A stretch of DNA of 64,000 bases. Source: Callorhinchus milii. Taxonomy: Eukaryota. Made by a program: the position numbers and the translations under genes. Positions within the stretch are counted from its first letter, which is position 1, and each line of letters starts with the position of its first letter. The stretch is taken from assembly GCF_018977255.1 (NCBI RefSeq), contig NW_024704742.1:19842001-19906000 (forward strand). The letters run 5' to 3'. Below are positions 12,601-25,500 of this stretch, in pieces. The notes under the pieces were generated by a model. The model was not told the DNA's origin. It saw nothing but the letters and a program-made list of their open reading frames with translations, and searched no databases.

Positions 12601-13536
12601 CACAGATTTATAATAGCACTTTTCATAAAAGAAAAACCTTAAAGTGCTTGACAAGAAAAGATTAATTAGCAAACAATAATAATCCTTGGATTTAATATAG
12701 CACGTATAAAACCAATTGTCCTAAAACTCTTCACAACGTTTCTGTGAAGTGTGGTTACTGTTTTGCTGTTGTTATTAACAGAGTAGTATTCAGGCAAATA
12801 GGGCAGCTAATTCTTCTCTCCCCCAGCAACATCCCACAAACAACAATGGGATGGGCAGGGGATATAAACCAGGATGTATGGGAGAGAAAAATCTTTGAAA
12901 TGGGTCACTTAACAGCCAGCCAACTGAAACACAAGGCAGACAGGATCTAAATTGACTCTGGTGGAAATAAATAAGAAAATACTGTTCATTACATAGAATG
13001 TTGTTCTGTAAGCAAATGTAGCAGTCAATTTCCATCAGTTTGTCCTGCAAACAAATGAAATGAGTAGTAAAATGATTTAATTTTTGAGGAAGAAATTGTA
13101 CATAATATAGAATGTTGTTATAAAGCATATATAGCTTTATATATATTTGTACCAGCAGTCAGTTTGTCGTACAAGGGATGTTTGTCGCACGTGAGGGATA
13201 CAATTATTTTTAATTTGTGAGGGGGATAAATTTAGATGTACAGCAATAACTGCCCTTTCATCAAATTAAACTTTCATTTATAGTGTAAACTTGATATGTT
13301 TGTTATTTTCAGTAACATTGCTTTGTTTCTTTAAACTCTTCATGTAAGTGGATTTGAAGTTTCAGGTTTACTGACTGCGCTTTTTCATTTCTCATGGTGT
13401 GCTCTTGGGAGAATCTTGAAAATATAGTATTTATTTGTATTTCATTATTTGTGAGCCATCTGAAGTTATGACCCCACTCTTTCTGTAACATTGCAGTGGG
13501 AGGAGGGAGTCAATTTAATTTCAAGACATAACATAA

Positions 13537-14145
13537 CAACAACAACAAAATTACATTTTCACGTTGGGAGGACATCTCAAAGCGCTGAACAGTCAGATGT
13601 CGGGGCCCGAGCATGGGGGAGGGGTGGTGTAGGGGAGAGGGAAGGCAGAGTGGTGGGAGGGAGACCAAAGGCACGATCGAAGAGAAGGTTCTTGAGACCG
13701 GCCTTGAAGGAGGCAAGGGAGGAAGCGAGGTGAAGGGACCATGGGATGGAGTTCCAGAGTGTGGGGCAGAGAGGCTGAATGCCCGGCCACCGATGGTAGA
13801 GCAGGTCGGGCGGGAGACGTGGAGCAGACCGGAGCCTGATGAATGGAGGGAGTGGGCAGGTTGGTAGGGAGTCAGTAGGTCAGAGAGGTAAGAGGGAGCA
13901 AGGCCATGGATGGCCTTAAAGGTGAGGACGAGGATCTTGAACTCGATCCTCTGGGGGATGGGGAGCCAGTGGGGTCGGGCCAGGGTGGGAGTGATGGTGC
14001 ACGAGAGTACATGAGCTGCAGAGTTTTGGATGATCTGCAGCTTGTGAAGGGAAGCGTTGGGAAGGCAGATGAGGAGGGAGTTTTCATAATCAAGCCTTGA
14101 TGTGACGAATGTGTGAGTGAGGGTTTCAGCAGCCTGAGGGGTGAA
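13537..14145 (-). mobile_element. L2-clade LINE 3' fragment
   Basis: ORF 13510..14175 (FVTSRLDYENSLL...LQIIQNSAA...HWLPIPQRIEFKIL). Its 3' end is nearly identical to 1-270 in reverse orientation. Confidence 0.9.
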
Positions 14146-14529
14146 TGAATTAGTAATGAAATGTGCAGCAAGCATAATTATACTTTTGCCATAATTGACC
14201 GAGACTGAATTTTGTTTAATTAATGCGTGTTGACTAAGTAATTCTTGTTGATTAATAATAAATTATTTTCTTAAAATTGTTTCTGCAGGATTTGGAAATC
14301 GTTTATTCTTATCTTCATGGAATGGAAGCACTTTCTAACCTGAGGGAACACCAGTTCAGGTAAAATGAACTGCAAATAGAACTTGATTTTATAATTTAAA
14401 GGGGGAAAAAAAAGTAAGACATCATTAAGTTTAATGGGTTGTAACCAATCCATGGCTGCCCGAACTGGATAGTTCACTGTTGGTAATTATGCAGCAATAT
14501 CCAACTGACAATACCAAAATCAAGTATTT

Positions 14530-15052
14530 CAAATCCTCTCTCTATAGGCTGCAGATCATCCAGAACTCTGCAGCCCATGTCCTTTCCCGCACTAGGCTCC
14601 ATGACCCTATCAACCCCATCCTCGCCCGACTATCACACAGAGGATACAATTCAAGATCCTGGTCCTCACTGTCAAAGTTCTCCATGGTCTTACTCCCTCT
14701 ACCTCTGCAATCTCCTAACCCCCAACATACCGCCCGCTCCCTCCGCTCAGCGGGCTCCGCCCTGCTTCACGTCCCCTACCTCGCCCACCCCACCATTGGC
14801 GGGTGGGCCTTCTGACACTCTGCCCCCACCCTCTGGAACTCCATCCGCACTACCTCCACCTCGTGCCCCCCTCCCTCCTTACCTCCTTCAAGACCCATAT
14901 CAAGACCCTCCTCTTCAATCGTGCTTTTGATCACCCTGCTTCCCCATCTGTCCTCCATCCTCCCCAATTCTAACCCCCAGCTTGGGTCCAAAACTGATTG
15001 TTCAGCACCTTGGGGCGTCCTCCCTACGTGAAAGGTGCTATACAAATTGTAT
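14530..15052 (+). mobile_element. L2-clade LINE 3' fragment
   Basis: LQIIQNSAAHVLSRTR...IGGWAF and the conserved tail. Confidence 0.88.
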
Positions 15053-15932
15053 ATCACGTATCACAACTCTCTTGCTAAATTTAATAGAACCTGTTTGGAA
15101 CTTCTCCTCATTTGTAGTGAAATAACTGGAGCAGCCAAGCGAGGGAAGAGACTGATTCCAGTTTGTGTAGAAAATTGAGAATTTTGCACGAAAATACATT
15201 ATAATCCTGCAATTTTCTTGAGAGTATTTTTAACCACAAGAACTCCCTTGGTATTGCTTCACTTTGTTTTAATCAGAGCCATGAATAATCCCATTTTATT
15301 TTCCTATAAATGTTGAGTTTAAAACCGTTTTTGAAAGATGATTTAAAAAAACTAATGTTTTTGAACTTTTATTTGCCAATGCATTTTACATAACCTTCTG
15401 AAGAACATATTAGTCCCATTATGGGATTGTTAACTAATAGTTTTTTGATGGGGTCTTGTATTATGCTGCTTCTAACATTCCTCATTTGCAAAGTTCCTCT
15501 TTGAGCTGGCAGGCTTCATAAAGAAGTTGAAAAATAAGTGTCCCAACATTTTCTATATAAAACCGTCATTATTAATCCCAACTCAGATTAAACTTTTTAA
15601 ACTGACACCTGTTAAACAGTACATCTTTCAAAAACAATTAAGTAGTTGTATTCAGATATTGTCCAGTGCTGTACTGATGCAAGTCAGTGATTGGTTGTAT
15701 CTGAGGAATCTACCGAGTTGGTAGGTCATACAGTGTCTAATCATTCTGCAAACAAAAAGAAAAACTGATTTCCCAGGATTCCTGCTTATATAGTAAAAAT
15801 CACGTATGCCACACCAGTGGGGACCATAATATTTATTGTGACTTACGTGATTTAATGTGGTTTAAGCAAGATTAATTGGGGGTAATGTAAAAGGGACTTT
15901 ACTCTGCATTTGGCATATGCTGCAGTTTACCT

Positions 15933-16249
15933 GTGGAGTCCTGCAGCTCAGTGGTTAGAGCACTCGCTTTGCAAGCGAGAGACCTGAGTTCAGTTCCAGA
16001 CAGGGCGAAACCTTGGGCAAGTTTCCTTACTCCACACGCCTAATAATAATCCCTCCAAAAAAACAAAACAATAATAAATTGGTCATTTTCAATCCACGAC
16101 TGTTTGTGGGACATTGCTGTGCGCAATTGGCTGCCGCGTTCGCCCACAAATATACAGTCAATTCACTTTACAATATATTCTGTGAAGCGCTTTGGGACGT
16201 CTAGAAGCCGTGAAAAGCGCTATATGAAATGCAAGGATTATTATTATTA
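15933..16249 (+). mobile_element. Young tRNA-derived SINE, full length, with 7-bp target-site duplication TTACCTG
   Basis: Same structure as 8507-8828. TTACCTG occurs at 15927-15933 and 16247-16253. Confidence 0.92.
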
Positions 16250-16470
16250 CCTGGAAGTGCTGAATGATGTTAAAAGGCATCAAAAGTAAACAAAATTGGC
16301 ATGGCATTTTATATTATCTAAAGTGGTGTCTTTTGTTTGTTACTGATGCATAGTGCAGTAATCAAGAATTGTTTATTTAGTATGGGAGTTCTGTAGTATT
16401 TAGCAGGCGAACATGACAAATTAATATTTGCATCAGTGGTATGACTGGAATCTTTCTTTTCCTATTCCAG

Positions 16471-16527
16471 GTTAATGTGCAAAACCGTGAGATATGAAAG
16501 ACATGAAGCAAATGAAGTCCTGTACTA
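16471..16527 (+). CDS. RAPGEF2: RAPGEF2 internal coding exon A (57 bp, phase 2-2), (R)LMCKTVRYERHEANEVLY(Y)
   Basis: Polypyrimidine tract plus ttccAG acceptor and a GTAAGT donor at 16528. The translation matches the recalled RAPGEF2 long-isoform segment RLMCETVRYERHEANEVLYY and joins the next exon in frame. Confidence 0.95.
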
Positions 16528-16909
16528 GTAAGTCAATGAACTATATTTGTTGTGACATTTTGATCATAAACTTATTGACCATTTAACTCAGTTGTGGCCA
16601 ACCCATTGGTGCATGGGTGAAAAAGTGCTGAACATTTGCACTAGTCTAGATAAGTCTGTGTTAAATCAATCTCCTGTATTTTGTTTCCAAGAGTCACTGA
16701 GTAGCGATATTTGTGATGTGGCCATAAATCAGGAAATATTCAATCAAGAAAAATGTACTTGGTCGACTGACTCAAAAGGTTGGCCACTGATTTAATCCAT
16801 CAAGCCTAAGCCAGTGCTTGCTGAACCACTGGAGCTAACTACTTGACCCTCAACATTATTAATGTGCAAATCTAGATTCTGAGTGTTGACAGGCTATTCA
16901 GATGCAGTG

Positions 16910-17295
16910 AATTCAGCTCAGTCTGTAGCTCTTTTCCTGAGGAATAGAAGTTTGTGGGTCGAACCACACTTTGAGGACTTTGAGCTTACAGACTGGTTTC
17001 ACACTTCATTGTAATGTTGGGGAGCATAAATTGTCAGAACTGCTGTCTCTCAGATTAAATGTTAAACTGAAATCCTATCTGCCTGATCAGTTTGTGCTAA
17101 AGATGCCAAAGAATCAATGATACTATTCAAAAAGAGAAGGGAGTTTCTCTAGCTACATTGGTTATTCATCACCTGGCAATTTACCGGACATTGCTATGAG
17201 CAAATTGTCTTCCATGTTTGTAATTAGGGTAAAGCACTTTGAGATTATTTGACTTGAAAGACACTACATCAAATGCAAAGAATATCATTTTAATT
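16910..17295 (+). mobile_element. Old decayed Deu-domain-type SINE
   Basis: Degenerate A and B boxes, a GGACATTGCTATGAGCAAATTG core and an AAATGCAA tail. Confidence 0.55.
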
Positions 17296-19496
17296 ATTAG
17301 CAGCAGTCAGAATGCAAGGTGATGTTTTCTTTGAGGGTGCAGAAGAAATTTCACAGGCTCTGTTGCTGTCATTTGACTTTTTTTATATACATTATGTAAC
17401 TGGCACATTGTATTAACCAGCCTGCCAAAGACTATTTACTTAAAATATTCCCATTTAAGCAAGTACACCTCCGTTGTTTTATTATTTGGAGACTATTCTG
17501 GGTTACCTGCTAATTATTATAATTTAAATATGTATGTTCCAATTGACACTGTTTTGGAACAAAGTGTGGATTTTTTGGAAGAAGGAAAGGCCAAGGAGAA
17601 TTGCTGTTTAAATTTGAAAGTTTATTTTAAACTTAAAAAAATTCCAAACAATTTTTCAGCTTATACCAATAGCTTCCATATAATGTTCTATTTCTTTGTC
17701 AAATTCTATCCATCTCTCTTAAATTGTTATTATTAAGGACACTTTTCTGCACAACGTGGGATGTCCATATAAAGAAATGGTTGGTCAGATGAATGCACAC
17801 ACCCAACACATAGGCAGATGTTGGCAGAGATCTGATGAACTGGAAATCGATCATTTTGTTTTCAGTACCAAATAAAGTGTGAATTCTGGATCATCAGGTT
17901 GCTGTCAATGACATTGTCAGTGAACCTGAACGCAGAGGAAACAACATTGGCAGTGATCTGATGAGCCTAAATTAGTGTTCCAAAAGCTGATGGACACTTG
18001 TTTTCTGTTTGGGTGTCTGTGTCCTGATTAATTAAGGAAGATTGTGTTCTGGATGAATATACAGGATAACCAAGAAGACGTGATACCATTACAATGTCTA
18101 ACAAGTCTTAAAGAAATGATTTTTTTTAGATAGTAGGGTAGCTGCACGACTTTTTGGTCACCCTGTAGTTTCTTCTTAAAGGTTCAGTGAGATTCAGATA
18201 CTTGGGGCATCAACCTGTACCAGATTTAGCATCCTGATCGAATAATTCTTTGGAAAAAATCTTAGTTTCCTGTTACATTGTGTCCCTTTTCCAATTGGGA
18301 CAACAATTAGTAGTAATCTTATTGATGTTTACATTTGCTTATTGTAGACCATCAGCTCCATTGTGTAGATGCATTTGCTCACGATATGATGGAACAGAAC
18401 CCTTCCGACAATCATCTCCAATTGCCTATTTATTAAGTTTTGTCCCAAACTTGCAAAGTAGGTCAGTATGTTTAGATGAATAACTGAAATTAAGTGCATT
18501 CTCGATGGCTATCATCCATTTCAAAGGAAATCAGTAGTTTTGCCTTCATACCTGTTGGATGACTGCATTTAAAAGAAGCTTTGATTTAAAAACTCCAATA
18601 ATGGCATTTGCAAGACCACTAAATGAAGTGATCCTCACACATTTAAAAAACATTCTAGAGTATACAAATTACAACATAGCCTATTCACCTATTGAGCCTT
18701 TGATTGAGCTCCATCAGAGTTAATCACAATTCCTTGCATTTTCCCATAATCTTTTATATTGTTTCTTTTCAATAGTTTTGAATTTCCTTTTAAATAATAG
18801 AGCCACTGTCAATAGACATTACTGCTTAGATCCAGCAGCTGTGATGGGTGACGGTCTATCCTAGCAGCTGGGGTATCGTCTTGCTGCAAGCTTACCCCCT
18901 TGATATCCTGATTACTTAATGTGTTGATCAGGATTGTCTATTTGGGAAATCGGGAAATTTCCCGCGTGCATTTACAGTATACATAGGCAGCAGGTGGCTA
19001 GAGCTAGATGGGGTAGTTGGAGATTGAAAGCTGCCACCAGCCCCAATTGCACCATTCCTGGGTCCCCAAGAATCGACTGATATACACTTCACACACCCAC
19101 ACATCGGCCTTATAGGCACTTACACGCAAGTGCAAATGGGAGCGCTTGCGCCTGACGCAGGCATAGATGCTGCTATTTTCCTCCTTATGCAGATCACTCT
19201 TCACTTTATCTTGGTGGGATCGCTGGGAAGGCTGGAAGAGAGGAAAGTCACCACCAGCAACATGATGGTGAATGGCCTAACAATGTGCCTGGCTGGCTAC
19301 CCACATCCTGCGCCATCAGGGGGGGAGGGGGGCAGAGGTGACCGCGGTGGTGCCAGGGTTTGGATGATACTGATATGTGAGGGAGGGAGAGCTTTATGTG
19401 TTGCTTTATGCTTTTTGGTGCTGGCGCCTCCACGAATTGGCGCTGCCCTTTTCCATGAAAATCCCAAACCCTTTTGGGGAGCCAGTTGATTTATAG

Positions 19497-19960
19497 CAGT
19501 GAGTGGAATGTAGACTCTCTGGAGGGACTTGCCCAGTTTACCTAATTTTGTAGAGTATTTGGTGCAGATTGGCAAGAGCTAGGGCTTGGGAACCTCAAGA
19601 ATTTGTATTGGGGTACTGCGAGAGTTAACCAGCTAAAACCGCACAGCTTGCCAATGAGAATACAGTGTGGCAAGCTCCCTGCCACTTGTCCAGCCAGGAC
19701 CTCTCCACCTGTTTAAAGCGTTGGCTTGCAGGATTAACAGGAGCTGAGTGGGAAGTACCTCTGTTCCCAGTGACTGCTTGGACTGTCATCAGAGTATATG
19801 GTGTATGTGGCTCAGGAACCAAACTGCCGATACTGCAATAGAGGATTACTGGATTCCAAAATTCTGTTGCCACCACATCAACTTGGAGCCAGTTCCGTGG
19901 AGACTCTGCTTACCTTCCTTCTCCCTGCTGCACCCCCACCCCCTCCAAAAGGAGGATATT
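19497..19960 (-). repeat. Unclassified interspersed repeat family, inverted copy
   Basis: TTGGCTTGCAGGATTAACAGGAGCTGAGTGGGAAG and GTGGAATGTAGACTCTC are reverse complements of family blocks. Confidence 0.7.
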
Positions 19961-20229
19961 TCTAGGAGTCAGCAGTTATAGGGCATCAATGTAAAACAGT
20001 TAGAGCAAAGGAAGGAGGATTAGGAAAAATAATGCTTTCACATAGTATTTTTAGGATGGAAAATGTCCTCTGGAAGTAGTGCTTGAGGCAGGATCCATTG
20101 GTATTCAAAAGGGAGCAAGGTAGATGTCTGAAGAATAATAATCTGCTGTGATATGGGGAAAAGCACATTAAAGGACTGAATTGCATGGCTTGTTTCAAAG
20201 AGTGAATGTCACAGCCCTCAAAGACTCCA

Positions 20230-20985
20230 GGAGCATTGGGGCAAGAATTCTTCCCACTCTGCAAAGGCTTAATGAAGTTGGTGGTCCTGGGTGGACAAGC
20301 AGCAGAAAGTTTGATTGCAGTGAAGCTTGATAGTTGGTTATATTCCAGCTGTACCCAATAAACATTCTGGGGTCGGTAAGCCTTGGCATTTGACCTTGAG
20401 CGTCCTTATTGGAAGGGCGTGGGGAGAGGGAAAGAGAGCCGTCTCCACAGTGAAATGCTTGACAATAGAATGTGGGATTCAATTCAATCCTCTGCGGAGT
20501 TCTTGGTGCAGTACAGTACTCTCTTTTTGAGCCATGTATGTATGCAGTGATCCAGGCCACAGCGAATGACAGACCAGACATTCTGGCTCACCTGGTCTTG
20601 CGGGGGCATCCCAGTCACTGGAAATGGGGATTCTTCCCACTCAGCTCTTGTTAACCCTGCAACTCAAAGCCCTAATGGTGGTTCTAACTGGACAAACAGC
20701 GGGAAGTTTGCCAGAATGTACTCTCAATTTTAAGCAATGTAATTTTAGCTCATTAAAGTATCCCAACGCACACTCTGCGGGCCATGAGCCTTGGCTCTTG
20801 CCAGCCTGCACCTAATACTTTTCAGAATTGAACAAACAGAGTGTGTTCCTCCAGGAGAGAATGTGCAAATGTTTCAAGTCTGGAAATTTTCATGGGTAGG
20901 TGGCATGCATATGTGGAACCCTGTCAGGTTTGGGTATTAAGCATGATGGTGAGTTTCCACATAAATCAGACAACCAGCTGCTTAA
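20230..20985 (+). repeat. Unclassified interspersed repeat family, one partial and one near-complete copy in tandem
   Basis: TTCTTCCCACTC occurs twice (~20248 and ~20631), and the downstream blocks are collinear with 1730-2260. Confidence 0.7.
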
Positions 20986-22204
20986 AAAAATAAATTACAG
21001 TGTTTAGCAGTTTTTAGTTCTGCGACCTAGTCTCTACCACCCTTCGTGACAAAACATTGACAACCCTGAAGCTGCATCCTCTTGTTCTGTTACATTGGCG
21101 TGTCTGAAACTATTGCCCCGGTTTTAAGATGTTGACTTGAGAAGAATGTGGTTGAGTGTTTAGGGAGAACAACATCAACAACAAGATTCCATTTATAGAG
21201 CGCCTTTCACGTCAGGAGGACGTCCCAAGGCGCTGAAGTGAAAATCCAGGTGCGTGCTCGTGCCTTGATTTATAGAAATATTTTACCAATTATTTTTGCT
21301 ATTCCTGAAATATCTAATTTCAGCTTAACCTCTTTAAATCATATCTTACTATATTCTTTGGTTTTGCATTGCCTGTTGGTTAGCTAAAGTTAAAAAATAC
21401 AATCTGGAACCCATTACAGAGAGTATGAAAGACCTCTGTGATGTTTGCAGCTGCTATCAGATTGCTGTATTTCCTTCAAATTGAAGGTATTTTATAATTT
21501 TTTGGTAGGCATGAATGGCACTGCTATGTGTTTAGAATATAATTTTAATCTTAAATGCTTTGGGGTTATAGTTAAAAGAAGGAAAAAAACATTTCTCTTA
21601 AAGCAGAGAAGCAATTTTGAATATTTAAAATTTATAGTTGGATGTTCTTGCACACTGGTAGGATGTGGATCTCGATTCACAGTACCCCATATGGTGAGCT
21701 CTTGATCCTTGTCGAGCAGTTGGAGACACTGAATGAACATAAAAGTATTTCTTCAAAGGAAAAAAATGGAAAGTGCATCATTCAATGAAACTCTCACCAC
21801 TCAGCATCTCTCTGGAGCAGAAGTGAGCAGAAAGTCAAACGAATATGTTACATTCCCTTCCTTTTAGGGAATTTGTGTGGCCATTCTCGACAGAGCAAAA
21901 TAGTTTACTTTTAAATTAAAAATATTGTGGTAATTTATTACTCTCTACCCCCTCCTCGCTCCCTCTTTACCCCCTCCTCGCTCCCTCCCTTCCCTCCCCT
22001 CACCCTGACCATTTCCCCCTTGCTCGGGTCCTGACCCAACTGTACAGCGCCTTGGGACGTCCTCCCGAAGTGAAAGGCGCTCAAATGGAATCTTGTTGTT
22101 GTTGTTATTTACTCCGGGACGCTACCCCGCGTGAAGGGTGCTATATAAATGCAAGTTGTTATTTAAATTGCTGAGTTTGTAGGTGTTTGAATAGCTATTT
22201 TTCT

Positions 22205-22590
22205 AAAAGGCAAAATACTGCAGATGCTGGAAATTTGATATAAAAACAGAAGTTGCTGGGAACACAGAACAGGTCAGGCAGCATCTATGGAGAAAGGAAA
22301 ATGAGTTAACGTTTCAGGTCGATAACCTTTTGTCATTACTGAGGGATGTTGGAAGGGAGAAAATTGTACGGACAAGCAGGAAAAGAAAAACCAAGGAAAA
22401 ATGTAGGTGGAGGACAAAAGATGACGAGATCAGAGGTATGAATGTTGCAGGACAAAAGAAGGCAATAGTGGGAGATTATAGAAACAAAAGGTACGTCTGA
22501 GACCCAGAGGATGTGTGAATGGTTATAGAAGAGGGGGAGGAGGTAGCATGGCAAAGAGAAGATGGGAGCTGTGTTTAAGGTCTGATTTAA
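22205..22590 (-). mobile_element. Penelope-like element terminal repeat remnant with degenerate hammerhead core
   Basis: AAAATACTGCAGATGCTGGAAAT...CAGGTCAGGCAGCATC...GAGTTAACGTTTCAGGTCG resembles the Penelope-type repeat common in cartilaginous fish (recalled). Confidence 0.65.
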
Positions 22591-25500
22591 GGCCAACAAG
22601 CTTTTTTTAGTTGTGCTACAATTTATTGGTCAGAAATTATTTGTCCCTTAATGTGTTGGAGGTTGCAGGATATGTAGAGTAAAAAAAAGATGTCCTAACC
22701 TGGAGGTTATGAGTTACTTGAGTTTTTGACCATAAGACAGGAAACCCTACTATTACAATTTTAGGGTCACTTACACAGTGATTTTTGTCTGGAAGCCAGA
22801 TTCCTCGTGGGTAGGTACTACACTGGAATACATGTTGTCTTGTGCTATGTATAAATCAATATCATAAAGTATAAAAAAGCAGAACATCTCAAAGCTGACT
22901 AAATTAATTAGGTTTACTTGTAAGATAACATTCTATCGTAATGTAAATTGGAATTTAATACTGGCAGTACAAAAGAAATGTTTTTGTTTTCCTACTGAAT
23001 TACTATACTCTTATATTTAAGAATCGTAGAGGAAGTTTTTCTTGCTATTGAGTTTCAGTTAAACAATGAAAAGATAAACAACAAATGTTTTGTTTAAAAA
23101 AAAATGCTGTAAAGCCTCTCGTCTGCCAATGGACACTTTTAGTGTTGACATCCTGTTAACGTCACATTTGCGGATGCCAATTTTTTACCGTGGTGTCAAA
23201 ACTGCTTGTGAAGCACTGATGAATCTCAAGTCATCAGTATTTGATGGGTATTCTGCATCACAATTTTTTTCCTCACTGATTTTCTCTTCTCTCCATATTC
23301 CCTAAGGATCTGTGTCTTTCACCTTTTTCTATAATTATGGTTCCAGGGGTATTCGCTATCGTTGTACCTTGCTCCAGTGACTATTATTCTTTTATGAACC
23401 TCGACAAACAGGATATTTAGCTGGGAGTTGGTTGCAGCTCATCTTGATCCTGTCTTTACACTCGTAGCTTGTTGGGGTTGCTGGATATCAGGCACAACAT
23501 GGATGTCTGAATTTTCTGTTACCTGGGGCGCTGAGGCAAAATGTAGCACGCATAAAATCATCCAACAGAAATCATCCAAAAATCTGAAGTCTGGAATTAA
23601 ATTTTTTTCTTAATATTTAGGATTGTACAGAATGTGGAAAATACTTGATTTTAGACCTAAATTCAAAAGCTAATTTTCTAGCTTTGTTAAAAAGGACTGG
23701 CTTCTGCATTAAGTTTGAGTGGAAGAATTTTGCAGAGTTCTACACAGTCTTACATTTTGAGACACAGTAGTCTTACAAACATTTCCCTGTAGAAGTTAGG
23801 CTTGTAAAACTGCATTATGGCATTACTTTGAAGATTTCTTGCCAAAATCTGTGCAGAAATAGAATGATGGCTCCTAGCCTGTTTGTATGTCTTGCTGTGG
23901 AGACATTTTCCTTTGCAGTTTGGCGCATTTTGACCTTGATGTGAATTAGAATATTAAGATTGTGCTCAGTAATAAATTAAGGGCACCTCTATCATTGAGG
24001 TTGGTTAACAATTATAATTCTGCAAATGAACCTTCAAATTATGAATTTCTTGAAGTACTGTTGAAAGTAAGATAATCTAATATCATCCATTTTTTAAAGT
24101 TGAATGGGTTTATAATTGTAAACAGGCGTTGAATTAGCAGAAAAGGGGAGATTTGACTACCGTTTATCACTATAATTGCAGCAAATTTAGAGTTTTTGGT
24201 GGGTTTTGATTTTCAAATGGAGTAATTATGGAGTTTCAGTCCAGTATATTCATTGTAAGCTTTTAGCAGTGAAAATAATGGTCCCCGGCAGCCAATTGTC
24301 TTCCACCATAGGTCTTTCCCTCTCCCCAGCAACTTTAATAACTCTTTTGTGAAATTGTCATTTTCTCCAGGATACTTTGAAAACTGGATGGGGTAGAATG
24401 TTCAATGTGGTGTTTGTGAGTCAAATTCATAATTGATACTGTAAATATATGATTTTGTCACTGCAGAACTGATAAGAAACAAGGTCACAGTTGAGATGTT
24501 ACCCATCTGATTGTGCATTATTCCTCAAGACGTGTATATTAATTGGAAGCTATTTAATACTTATGATTTGAGTATTGTCCCATTGTTATTGTCCTATTTT
24601 TCTTTTGTGACTTTTTCACTATTTTTCACCCATCACTCTTTCTGTAAAAAATAGTGTAATGCTTGCATTTGATATGGTGCCTTATTGTGTCAAAATGTCT
24701 GAGTTGCTCTGTAAAATTAAGTGACTGTATTTATAGTTGAATACGGCAGCCAATTTGCACATATCATGTCCCCCAAACAACCATGAAGTGAATGACCTTT
24801 TTGTTAAACTTTGTTCCTTTTTTGCAAAATGCCATGGGATCTGAACAGGTTAAAATGTTTCCAGGACATTGGTTTAACATCTCATCCAAAGGATGGTATT
24901 TCCAACAATGGAACTCTCAGCACTTCATTGGAGTATCAGTGTAGAATATGAGCTCAAAGTCCAGAGCTTCTCTCAGGGAATATGTAGCAAACTTCCATAG
25001 TTTCTATTCTTGAGGTTCATGATATTCATTTCCTAAGCTCTTTGGATATATGCTACACATGATGTAAAGCAGAATTTATACAGGTACAAACGTTCAGGCA
25101 CAGTATAATTTTCAGGATTAAAATTTCTTCTCCTGGAAAGTTTTAAACCAAGGTTTTCTCCTTAAATTAAAATAGAAGTAAAACATGAGAAAATATCTCA
25201 GTGCTTAAGGTTAAATATATGATACACACACATTACATGTAATATGTATATTTCTTAGTCATTCTGGAATTAATTATGAGACTAAAGAGATGTTATATGG
25301 TCTATGCTTTTCATTTATAAGATCAGTCTACTTATACATTTATTGCTAAAAAGCAACATAGTACCGCATAAACCAAGCAGTATTTAAAACCAATATTAAA
25401 AGCTGGTTCCTACACAGAATTCTTAGTCTACTTGTGTATTATAAATGAACCCAGGTTTGAGAATTTAAAAAAAATCTTAAGATTCGCTTTTTTTTAAAAC

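Noticed and set aside
15935..16010. tRNA-Ala(TGC)-like sequences (also at 8510, 29290, 35445 and 39878)
   Set aside because: These are SINE heads. They lack a proper acceptor stem and continue directly into the SINE body.
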